Positions 17,226 to 24,778 of a DNA stretch of 64,000 bases are shown one piece after another. Position numbers and translations under genes: made by a program. Every line of letters begins with the position of its first letter. Position 1 is the first letter of the stretch. The notes under the pieces are model-generated. The model did no database searches and was not told the DNA's origin. It saw only the letters and a list, made by a program, of their open reading frames with translations. The stretch spans positions 24,134 through 88,133 of the IMG/VR virus record IMGVR_UViG_3300011113_000581; one strand, written 5' to 3'. Origin of the DNA: a virus.

Positions 17226-18037
17226 AAGGGAGGTTCGCCATCGTCATCTGTAGGAGAGTTTAGTGTATAGCCTGGGAGGTCAGGCAGGTTGGTTCCCGTT
17301 TGGGCACCCCAAGGTTCAGCAAGATCTTCAGCGACCTTACCGCCCCACAGGCTAGCTACTCCAGTGCCAGATGCAACAGTTGTTTGTGGTTGAATAGATT
17401 TATTTTCGCTATTGTCTTTAGGTGACAAAGTCATAGATACCAATTGAATCTTGGTAGCAACTTTGCGCTCTTTAGTTTCTTTATCAGTCCAAGCATCAGT
17501 TACCAATCTGCCCTGGATCGTAAGACCTACACCTTTACGCGTGAAGTTAACAAGAAGTTCAGCATTGTTTAACTTATCTTCTGCAGTATTAATTGCATAG
17601 AAGTTAAACAGATCTGACTGATTTCTACCCATATAAACACCAAGGGTTTGATTGCAAATCATTAACCCATCCGGTGTAGTTTTAAATGCACGTGCATCAT
17701 TTTGGTCGATGTCTTTAACACACCTTCCACTGAGAATGATTGTATTAAGGATTGGGAATGATGCGTCAACTTGTGTAACAATTCCTCCATGCAAGGAATA
17801 CGTTTTTGTATTGATGTCGTATCGCAGCTTGGCGCCGTGAATGTAGATTTGTGCATTTGCTGGTACACGGGCAAACCGTTCAGCAGCCTTGCCATAAACA
17901 TTTAGTTGAATTGGAGTTGGTGCTTTATTACCTACTGGAGGCAACAACACATTACATACAGTTGCAAAAGAGCTTTCGCTAATTGCTTTTTCTTTAGGTG
18001 CTTCAGTTGTCTGGGCACAAAGGAATGAAAGATTCAT
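17222..18037 (-). CDS. ssb: single-stranded DNA-binding protein with tandem OB folds
   Basis: NTIILSGRCVKD, RKG..LTIQGRL.TD.WTDKET.ERK, acidic tail DDDGEPPF; N-half repeats the pattern (VYGKAAERF...IYIHG). Confidence 0.8.
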   Translation of the reverse strand: MNLSFLCAQTTEAPKEKAISESSFATVCNVLLPPVGNKAPTPIQLNVYGKAAERFARVPANAQIYIHGAKLRYDINTKTYSLHGGIVTQVDASFPILNTIILSGRCVKDIDQNDARAFKTTPDGLMICNQTLGVYMGRNQSDLFNFYAINTAEDKLNNAELLVNFTRKGVGLTIQGRLVTDAWTDKETKERKVATKIQLVSMTLSPKDNSENKSIQPQTTVASGTGVASLWGGKVAEDLAEPWGAQTGTNLPDLPGYTLNSPTDDDGEPPF

Positions 18038-18057
18038 TAGATTAAACAGTTGGTGGT

Positions 18058-18085
18058 AAAACAGTTTAACGTCATACCTGGGACG
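18058..18085 (-). repeat. pseudoknot motif A, copy 3
   Basis: CGUC-C-CAGGUA-U-GACG-UUAAAC-UGUUUU (weak stem 2). Confidence 0.7.
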
Positions 18086-18090
18086 GTACA

Positions 18091-19956
18091 TCAGTGTGTA
18101 TCAAACCAGGTGTAGCCTACCTTAGCATCGCCATCGATAGGACAACGGAAGTTAAAGAAGTGTTGAGCTTTTGGAAAAGCTTCCAATGCTACAGACTTAA
18201 GTGTATCCGTTAGCTCTGGTTTGCAAGCCAACTGGACTTCATCATGGATCATAGCTGCTTGTTGCCAATCAATACCATGGACATAACCAAGTTCATCCAT
18301 ATCTGTATGAATGTTAATAACAACTTGTTTCATAATTAATGCACCTGCTGATTGCAATAAAACATTCAATGCTTTGAAATCAGACCTGCAATAAAGAATA
18401 CGTTTATCTAAACCACGCAACCAGTTATTTTGTTGTAGTGTTTTTGCAAGATGTTCTTTAAGTTTACGTAGTGCTGGGACACCATCCATGAATGAATTAA
18501 TTGCAGTACTACCTAGTTTGCGCAGTATTATTTCATTTTTTTCATTCGGATCAATAACAGTTCCTGCTTTAAGTGCACCGGCTCCATAGGCTACAGCGTA
18601 TAGAAGACGCTTTGAAATATCTCTGGTAGCTACACCAAAACGTTCTTGATTATAAACATGAATGTCGATTGATTCATCTGTTACTACACGTGCGTACTCA
18701 CCGTTATCCCAGTATGCAAGATAACCAGCAAGACACCTAAGTTCCAAAGCTTTGGCATCTACACCAATTAACTCCCAACCATCTGGTGCATGAAACAAAG
18801 ATCTACATTCTTTACCATAGGGTGAATATGCTGCTGGCACTTGAGCCATATTTGGATCACGATGGCTACAACGTCCAGTAATACAACCATTAGTTATTAC
18901 ATCACCATGTACACAACCAGTGTCATTATTAACTAACTTAAGCCAAGCATTTTTACCATCAGCAATTTGACCAAGACGTTTCTCAATCAACATATATTCA
19001 GCTAAAGGTTTGGCTTCTGGATACGGAAGCTTTTCAAGTACGTCATCATCAAGGACAGGGTTTCCTTTTTCAGTTGACTTACTTGGTTTCCATCCATATT
19101 TTTGTTGGAGCCGCTGAACAATTTGCTGTCTGGATCCAGGATTAAATTCTTCCAGTCGAACTTTTTCAAACGGAACTCCTTTTACATAACCACGTGCTTT
19201 GTTATTAACCTTTGGTATAAATACTTCTTTATGTTCAATAGGTGGAAAAATTTCTTTTAGATGTGTTTGTAGTTCTGTTTCTTTTGCTCTGAGACTATCC
19301 ACCAGATCAAGAGCTGCATCCACATCAAAAGGAAAACCTGCTCGCACTTGTGACTCAATACATCTAGCAAAGTCATGTTCAAGCTTAAGTGCTGGCTCTG
19401 GATAGTTTTGATTTTGAATTTTTTCAAATAATTTTGTAGTAACTGCAACGTCTTGCCTACAATACTCAGCCATTGCTTCCGAGTATTCTGAGAAGTCTTT
19501 GAAGTCAATCTTGTAATCAGCCAACCGATAGCCCCATGCCTTAAGTGAGGCTGAACCACGGAGATTCTTTGGAACCTCCGTATATTGTTCTTCATCAAGT
19601 TCATAAAGTTTTTCTTTGGGCCAAATGAGTCGAGTACAAATGAGTGTGTCAATAACTCGTGCAGCTTTAAACGTATAAAACGGATAGAGCTTACGAATTA
19701 CAGGCAAGTCGTAGAACAAGATGTTATGGCCAATGAGCACATGAGCCCGAGCCAAATGCTCGAGACCACTAGCAATATCATCAGGCCCATAAGTAAAAGT
19801 TTGTTTTCGCTGGACATCATACAGTACCAAGCAATGTATCTTTGTAACCTTGTCATAAAGATTATCAGTTTCTAAATCAAACACATACCAGTTCTCAACC
19901 TCTGAACTTGCCTTCAGCGGAAACTTCAAGGTTTTGACTAGCGAGGTCTGTGTCAT
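18091..19956 (-). CDS. polA: family A DNA polymerase (T7-like) with 3'-5' exonuclease
   Basis: ExoI FDLET, ExoII GHNILFYD, ExoIII YCRQD; motif A GVDAKALELR, B KRLLYAVAYG, C IHDEVQ. Confidence 0.95.
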   Translation of the reverse strand: MTQTSLVKTLKFPLKASSEVENWYVFDLETDNLYDKVTKIHCLVLYDVQRKQTFTYGPDDIASGLEHLARAHVLIGHNILFYDLPVIRKLYPFYTFKAARVIDTLICTRLIWPKEKLYELDEEQYTEVPKNLRGSASLKAWGYRLADYKIDFKDFSEYSEAMAEYCRQDVAVTTKLFEKIQNQNYPEPALKLEHDFARCIESQVRAGFPFDVDAALDLVDSLRAKETELQTHLKEIFPPIEHKEVFIPKVNNKARGYVKGVPFEKVRLEEFNPGSRQQIVQRLQQKYGWKPSKSTEKGNPVLDDDVLEKLPYPEAKPLAEYMLIEKRLGQIADGKNAWLKLVNNDTGCVHGDVITNGCITGRCSHRDPNMAQVPAAYSPYGKECRSLFHAPDGWELIGVDAKALELRCLAGYLAYWDNGEYARVVTDESIDIHVYNQERFGVATRDISKRLLYAVAYGAGALKAGTVIDPNEKNEIILRKLGSTAINSFMDGVPALRKLKEHLAKTLQQNNWLRGLDKRILYCRSDFKALNVLLQSAGALIMKQVVINIHTDMDELGYVHGIDWQQAAMIHDEVQLACKPELTDTLKSVALEAFPKAQHFFNFRCPIDGDAKVGYTWFDTH

Positions 19957-20128
19957 TTTCAAGAATCCATTGCAAGATCTGCGCTGCACCAACGCGATAC
20001 GGATGACAAAAAACTTTTGACAAATCCGAATCAGATTCTACAGGAATCAAAACAAATTTGTTTGTTTCTAAATCAGCACGTACACAGTAATTAACACCAT
20101 CTTTACATGTTGAAATAACGTACGACAT
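19895..20128 (-). CDS. hypothetical protein
   Basis: ORF upstream of the polymerase gene. Confidence 0.55.
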   Translation of the reverse strand: MSYVISTCKDGVNYCVRADLETNKFVLIPVESDSDLSKVFCHPYRVGAAQILQWILENDTDLASQNLEVSAEGKFRG

Positions 20129-20132
20129 AAAA

Positions 20133-20179
20133 ATTCCAAAAGAAAGAACAGTTAAATAATACTGTCTTTCTTTTGGAAT
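20133..20179. repeat. long inverted repeat
   Basis: ATTCCAAAAGAAAG(A)ACAGT-8 nt-ACTGTCTTTCTTTTGGAAT. Confidence 0.8.
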
Positions 20180-20204
20180 GCAAGAATGTCAGCCAATAAA
20201 TATT

Positions 20205-20975
20205 TTATTTTTTGTAACCAGTCCATTGACCATTCTTACGTCTAGCTGCCAATGCTTTGGATGCTTCGGAGCCAGCACGCTGAACATTATGAACAAGTAA
20301 AGCAAAAGAGCTGGGACCAAAGCAATGACTGTCATCGTGGTCAATCTCAAGTCCCATTTGCTCAGCTTGTTTTTCTGTGTATACAACATAAGCTACACGA
20401 TAAAAAACTTCTGGATACCTGGGAATTAAATAGTCAAGCGTACCGCCAACCGATGCAGTCAAATAAAAGTTATCCGGGATTACATGACGTGATTCATACC
20501 ACATACCCAAAGATTTTGTGTAGGCATAAAACTTGATATCAGGATTTTGCCTAGCAACCTGGAGCCAGGCACGGAAATACAATTCAGTATAAAAATCACC
20601 ACTCTCATGCACACGTACAAGATCACAAGGTTCACGTACAGGTTGTGCAGCTTGAATAGAGTCATGAATAAGTTGAGTTAGTAATGTAAGTTTTTCTTCT
20701 GGTCGATCAACAGAATACATTACTTCTTTAATCAGATCCCAGTTACTCCAACGTGATTCGCGTACGCCTGGCCTAGTTTCTGCCATTGCAGCAAAGCAAC
20801 GATAGTCTTGCCAGCTTGGCCCGTTCTCTTGTGGCAGATCAGTAATCTTCCCTGTGGTGCGATCAGCCATTGTCTTACACACACCAGCGTGTGGACAAGA
20901 ATAACCTGCTGGCAAACTAAAAATCAAACGTTTACCAAGTTTGGCATTACCTGTGGAAAAGTTAAGTAAGTTCAT
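20205..20975 (-). CDS. GP88-family protein
   Basis: GNAKL, FSLPAGYSCP..GVC, CFA, VRVHESGDFY, FYAYTKS. Confidence 0.75.
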   Translation of the reverse strand: MNLLNFSTGNAKLGKRLIFSLPAGYSCPHAGVCKTMADRTTGKITDLPQENGPSWQDYRCFAAMAETRPGVRESRWSNWDLIKEVMYSVDRPEEKLTLLTQLIHDSIQAAQPVREPCDLVRVHESGDFYTELYFRAWLQVARQNPDIKFYAYTKSLGMWYESRHVIPDNFYLTASVGGTLDYLIPRYPEVFYRVAYVVYTEKQAEQMGLEIDHDDSHCFGPSSFALLVHNVQRAGSEASKALAARRKNGQWTGYKK

Positions 20976-20996
20976 AGTTGTGTTGAGTTGAGTGAA

Positions 20997-21024
20997 CAGG
21001 TAGTTTAATGTCATACCCAGGACA
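20997..21024 (-). repeat. pseudoknot motif A, copy 4
   Basis: UGUC-C-UGGGUA-U-GACA-UUAAAC-UACCUG (compensatory U-A). Confidence 0.8.
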
Positions 21025-21046
21025 AGTCAATTAAATTTTATACAAC

Positions 21047-21394
21047 TTAAATATGTTTCCAAGCATCATATCTGAGTATGCGATTGATATGTGATTGAGA
21101 CATCCCAAAAACTTTTGCAAGTTCTGTAGATGTTGCACCTTGTTTAGACATTGTTCTTAATCGAATAACATCTTGTTCTTGTAATACAGCGGCATGGTTA
21201 CTAACACTCTGTTGCTTTTGTGTTACAACTTTATGTTTATTAAGTATGTCAGCTTTAACTAAATAATACTTTTCAATAGTTCTAAATTTAAATTTACAAT
21301 TGTTACAAACTAACCAACGATGAATTTCTGTTGGTGTTTGTTCTGTTGATTTAGTACGTGTCTTTTGTTGACACTTTGGACAAGTTAAGTTCAT
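21047..21394 (-). CDS. NrdR-like zinc ribbon + HTH protein
   Basis: CPKC...CNNCKFKFRTIE; C-terminal ELAKVFGMSQSHINRI. Confidence 0.65.
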   Translation of the reverse strand: MNLTCPKCQQKTRTKSTEQTPTEIHRWLVCNNCKFKFRTIEKYYLVKADILNKHKVVTQKQQSVSNHAAVLQEQDVIRLRTMSKQGATSTELAKVFGMSQSHINRILRYDAWKHI

Positions 21395-21666
21395 TAATTG
21401 CTCCGTCTACGAGGGCGGCCCCAGCGGGCTAAGACGGCGCGGGCGAAGGCAACGGCAGTCGCGTTCATGCTGTCGCCAGGCAGCTTTAGAAGTGCTCTCC
21501 CGAACTCTTCCTCTAGCTTCTCATCCGTCGGCCCCTCCGGCTCGGGCTCGGCCAAAGCAGCGCAGGCGCGGTCAATGGCACGTTGTACCCCTGGCGGCTT
21601 GTACTGATTTGCGTCAAGCACTTCCTCGACCAGATTCTCAAGCAGTGTACGGAAGTCAGTGGTCAT
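21394..21666 (-). CDS. hypothetical protein (GC-rich island)
   Basis: MTTDFR...ALAEPEPEGPTDE...FARAVLARWG. Confidence 0.6.
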   Translation of the reverse strand: MTTDFRTLLENLVEEVLDANQYKPPGVQRAIDRACAALAEPEPEGPTDEKLEEEFGRALLKLPGDSMNATAVAFARAVLARWGRPRRRSN

Positions 21667-21902
21667 TGCGCACCCTCCAGCTCGGCGGCGATGGCTTGCA
21701 GTTGGTGGTGAACGATTTGCTTGGCGTCTCTGAAGCCTTCCATGTATTCATTCATGGGGTAGCGCCCTGGGAAAGGCGCGACTTCATGCGCAGCAGCACG
21801 CAGGGCGGCGGCGGCAATCTCGTCAGCGGGGGCTGGGCAGATTTCAGTGACTACATCCAACACCGCCTGCGCGGCGGGACTCAGTGGGGTGGGGTTAGTC
21901 AT
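21663..21902 (-). CDS. hypothetical protein (GC-rich island)
   Basis: LSPAAQAVLD...IAAAALRAAA...AIAAELEG. Confidence 0.6.
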   Translation of the reverse strand: MTNPTPLSPAAQAVLDVVTEICPAPADEIAAAALRAAAHEVAPFPGRYPMNEYMEGFRDAKQIVHHQLQAIAAELEGAQ

Positions 21903-22272
21903 CAAGTTGCTCCAGGGCACAGAGAATAATTTTGTACTTGGCTCTTAAATCAGCGTTGACATTGATGCCTTCAATCAATACAGGATCAATGCGCATTGAT
22001 TGTAACGCTTCCAGCGCCTGCTCTTTCAAGCTCAACGGCTTCGGGCGGCGGGCGGCGCGGAGATGCTTAGCGGCCTCTTGAGAGTCGTCAACGTCTGTGT
22101 TGTCCAACCACTCACAGCAAGCCTCCAGCTCCTGGTCGGCGCCAGTGCAAAAACCATCCCTCCAGGCGCAGTCCAACACATGATCAACGTTGTCTCGTTC
22201 GTTGAGGATGTTGTCTTCCCACTGCTTGAACAGCTCCGGCGGTGGGATGATCGAATGTTGTTGGTTAGTCAT
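21895..22272 (-). CDS. hypothetical protein (GC-rich island)
   Basis: PPPEL..QW, GADQELEACCEWL, LRAARRPKP.SLKEQAL. Confidence 0.6.
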   Translation of the reverse strand: MTNQQHSIIPPPELFKQWEDNILNERDNVDHVLDCAWRDGFCTGADQELEACCEWLDNTDVDDSQEAAKHLRAARRPKPLSLKEQALEALQSMRIDPVLIEGINVNADLRAKYKIILCALEQLDD

Positions 22273-22529
22273 CGGTCGAAGTCCTTTCCACTTGTGGGTT
22301 TAGGAAGGTTGTCAAAACCATTAGGATTGATTGGATCAGGTAAGCCATCCTGGGGAAAGTTAAAAAACTTTTCTACCCTGTAAACTTCATACTCAAAACA
22401 TTCAGCAACCGCAAACGAATCTAGTTCATACTTGAAAGCTAATTCGTGTAGATCAAATGCTGTTATGTCTCGCATTTTGTTAAGCATGAATGTGCGAACA
22501 ATTTGTTTTCCTTGATTTGATAAGGCCAT
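22269..22529 (-). CDS. hypothetical protein
   Basis: ORF in the operon. Confidence 0.55.
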   Translation of the reverse strand: MALSNQGKQIVRTFMLNKMRDITAFDLHELAFKYELDSFAVAECFEYEVYRVEKFFNFPQDGLPDPINPNGFDNLPKPTSGKDFDR

Positions 22530-22559
22530 TAGTCGCTTTCTCTTGTGTGTGTGGTTAAG

Positions 22560-22859
22560 TTACTCAATTGCATTGCGGTAATCCTGGAGCACACCAGCTA
22601 GTTCATGTTCGTGGCACAAACGGAATTGTGCATGTGTTGATGACCTGCCATTGTCCCAAGCTACATCGTAGTAAGTGTAGGTGTGCTTGCGTGCATCTTT
22701 CTTTTCAAATACATTGGTTACAACACCAATGCGTTGAGTTGAATTATGCAATACAACAATTGCTTTCTCTGGTCTAATTGTTGGAATGTAATTGTCTTTT
22801 GGTTTTTCGGCAACGCGATCACCAACTTTGAATCGAATAATCTTGACGTGTTTAGACAT
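22560..22859 (-). CDS. SH3/KOW-like hypothetical protein
   Basis: RFKVGDRV...GVV...YDVAWD. Confidence 0.55.
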   Translation of the reverse strand: MSKHVKIIRFKVGDRVAEKPKDNYIPTIRPEKAIVVLHNSTQRIGVVTNVFEKKDARKHTYTYYDVAWDNGRSSTHAQFRLCHEHELAGVLQDYRNAIE

Positions 22860-23190
22860 GAGCCCAGACTTTGTGGTTGACAATTCGTGATACATGACCA
22901 CGGTTGATTCCATAAATTACAGAGATTGCAAAGTTTGATTTGCCTTCTGTTTTTAATTTACGGATATCTAAAATGTTTTGTTCAGTTAAAACTGCATTAC
23001 CATTTTTAGATCCTTGTGTGTCAGCTAGGTTACCACCACGTTTAGGACCACGGTGGTACTTGACGTAACGCTCAATAGTTTGAAACTTTTGATTGCAATC
23101 AAGGCATCGGCAATAACGTTTAGTGTTTGTTTCTGAATGAACAGTGCAAGTAACACGGGTGTTTTTACTGTCACACTTCAGACATTTCAT
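22852..23190 (-). CDS. NrdR-like zinc ribbon + HTH protein (paralogue of 21047..21394)
   Basis: MKCLKCDSKNTRV...RYCRCLDCNQKFQTIE; NAVLTEQ...YGINRGHVSRIV...W.HV. Confidence 0.7.
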   Translation of the reverse strand: MKCLKCDSKNTRVTCTVHSETNTKRYCRCLDCNQKFQTIERYVKYHRGPKRGGNLADTQGSKNGNAVLTEQNILDIRKLKTEGKSNFAISVIYGINRGHVSRIVNHKVWAHV

Positions 23191-23461
23191 TAGTAGTTAC
23201 AGGAACTTTGTTGAGTTGAAGTGAATCTAATGTGTGTACTGCTATGTCAATACCAACGAATGAAACAAGATCTTGAATGATCTCATCTTTGTGCTCGTGG
23301 TAGTACTCAGACAGTGACAGCTCTGCAAGCTTAAACAAAGTATTGAGATCCATTAGATCTACAATCTGTGCAATAGCTGCATCTCTTACTAGATCCCATG
23401 TGTGCTCAGGAATGTTGTCATTGATTTGTTGAATGAGTTGTTGTAGTTCTTCAGGTTGCAT
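23171..23461 (-). CDS. hypothetical protein
   Basis: ATG at 23461. Confidence 0.55.
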   Translation of the reverse strand: MQPEELQQLIQQINDNIPEHTWDLVRDAAIAQIVDLMDLNTLFKLAELSLSEYYHEHKDEIIQDLVSFVGIDIAVHTLDSLQLNKVPVTTNEMSEV

Positions 23462-23490
23462 AAAAGAAAGACCCCCGTTTACACGGGGGC
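23462..23490 (-). terminator. intrinsic terminator/attenuator
   Basis: CCCCCGU-4 nt-ACGGGGG followed by UCUUUCUUUU on the minus strand. Confidence 0.65.
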
Positions 23491-23513
23491 TGGCTTGCAC
23501 TTCGTTAGTTAGT

Positions 23514-23870
23514 TTAAGCTGCTTGAGCACTGGTGTCAATGATGTTATCCATCATGCCAGCCTCACGCATTTTATCTAGCATTGCGCACATAACAGTTGC
23601 ATGCTCATGTGTTTTATCCATAAAAGCTTTGGCACGTTCAGCAGTAATGGTATGAACGGTACCATTAGCTTCAATGTATTGCCAGCTACCATCAGGCATT
23701 GGCTGCCCTTGGAGCGCAAGACGTTCTGAGTTACGTACGTACCTGAACTCAAGATTGTGACAATCAGTAAGACCGTCTACATCAGTCCAAGTTAGGCCAA
23801 GATTGTAACGCTTATCCTCATCCATGTAACCATGGGGCTGAGGAATAAGATGTTTGAAGTAGGAAAGCAT
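23514..23870 (-). CDS. hypothetical protein
   Basis: ORF downstream of motif B copy 1. Confidence 0.6.
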   Translation of the reverse strand: MLSYFKHLIPQPHGYMDEDKRYNLGLTWTDVDGLTDCHNLEFRYVRNSERLALQGQPMPDGSWQYIEANGTVHTITAERAKAFMDKTHEHATVMCAMLDKMREAGMMDNIIDTSAQAA

Positions 23871-23898
23871 GGTTTTAAATTAAGTGTGGATTGGTACC

Positions 23899-23926
23899 CT
23901 GGGACTTATACCTTACGGATGCCCAG
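23899..23926 (-). repeat. RNA motif B, copy 1
   Basis: CUGGG-CAU-CC-GUAA-GG-UAUAAGU-CCCAG. Confidence 0.75.
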
Positions 23927-23929
23927 TTT

Positions 23930-24430
23930 TTATGTTACATATTTATTATTAAGAATATAATGCAATGTTCCTTTAGAACTAATATTAAATTTTTCCATTA
24001 AAGCTTTATATCCTAAACCATTTGAATGATCGTTTTTAATCTGATTAATTTGATCTTTTGTGTATTTGCGTATACAACTTGATGCTTTAATTGCATGATT
24101 CAATCGTTGTTTTGAACATCTGTCTAACATGTTTTCTGTTTGAGTTCCAATGCAAATATTGTCAAACGAATTATCTTTACTATTTCCATTTAAATGTCTA
24201 ACAACTATGCCAACTTCAAATAATTTTTCTTGATATTTTTCATACGCAACTAAACGATGCAGAAATACTTTATGTGTTTTTGTACTTATTTTTAAATTAA
24301 AAAATAAATAGCCAGACTGAGAGCAACTTAATTTTAAAGGTTCTTTCTTGCGAATACCATAAACAATATTATTTTTTACTCGATAGCCTTTTCGATAAGC
24401 ACATATTAAAGCGGTTTGAGCTTGATTCAT
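23930..24430 (-). CDS. HNH homing endonuclease (HNH_3 type)
   Basis: GYL...LHRLVA...VVRHLNGNSKDN...NI...T..EN; AT-rich; start moved to 24430, after the tRNA. Confidence 0.8.
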   Translation of the reverse strand: MNQAQTALICAYRKGYRVKNNIVYGIRKKEPLKLSCSQSGYLFFNLKISTKTHKVFLHRLVAYEKYQEKLFEVGIVVRHLNGNSKDNSFDNICIGTQTENMLDRCSKQRLNHAIKASSCIRKYTKDQINQIKNDHSNGLGYKALMEKFNISSKGTLHYILNNKYVT

Positions 24431-24445
24431 AAATAATAAAAAGAC

Positions 24446-24520
24446 TGCCGACGACAGGATTCGAACCTGCACTTGAGTGATTTTAAGTCACTTACCTTCT
24501 TCCAATTGGGTTACGTCGGC
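24446..24520 (-). tRNA. trnL: tRNA-Leu(UAA)
   Basis: GCCGACG/CGUCGGC-A acceptor, AGUGA-CUUAAAA-UCACU anticodon arm, GCAGG-UUCGAAU-CCUGU T arm; no encoded CCA. Confidence 0.9.
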
Positions 24521-24727
24521 ATTACTTGGATTTACACTCACATCTATTGATGTGTGATACCAAGTGTGATCATGAGGTAATGGTTCACAGCCGTAGTCCC
24601 ACGTATCGTAATCATCTTCGTTACGTGGATCCTCAATCAATATGTATTGAGGTGAATGATCATGGATGTATTCACCAAGGTTTGCCATGGCCATGGCAAG
24701 TAATTGTTCGTCTGTGTAGTTAGTCAT
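24488..24727 (-). CDS. hypothetical acidic protein
   Basis: ORF whose last 33 nt lie inside the tRNA. Confidence 0.5.
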   Translation of the reverse strand: MTNYTDEQLLAMAMANLGEYIHDHSPQYILIEDPRNEDDYDTWDYGCEPLPHDHTWYHTSIDVSVNPSNADVTQLEEGK

Positions 24728-24733
24728 TGGGTG

Positions 24734-24767
24734 TGACCCGCCCTATTGTCGAGGATAGGACGGGTCA
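24734..24767 (-). promoter_or_regulatory. 13-bp intergenic hairpin (processing/stability site?)
   Basis: UGACCCGUCCUAU-8 nt-AUAGGGCGGGUCA; fully paired only on the minus strand. Confidence 0.55.
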
Positions 24768-24778
24768 GCCTGTGGGGG

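Noticed and set aside
20952-20960. TGTGGAAAA DnaA box
   Set aside because: A single copy inside a coding sequence (Phe-Ser-Thr codons); likely chance.
24431-24472. Extended N-terminus of the HNH ORF in the track
   Set aside because: It overlaps the tRNA; ATG at 24430 is more plausible. Track starts at 18091, 21014 and 26578 likewise run through pseudoknots and were shortened.
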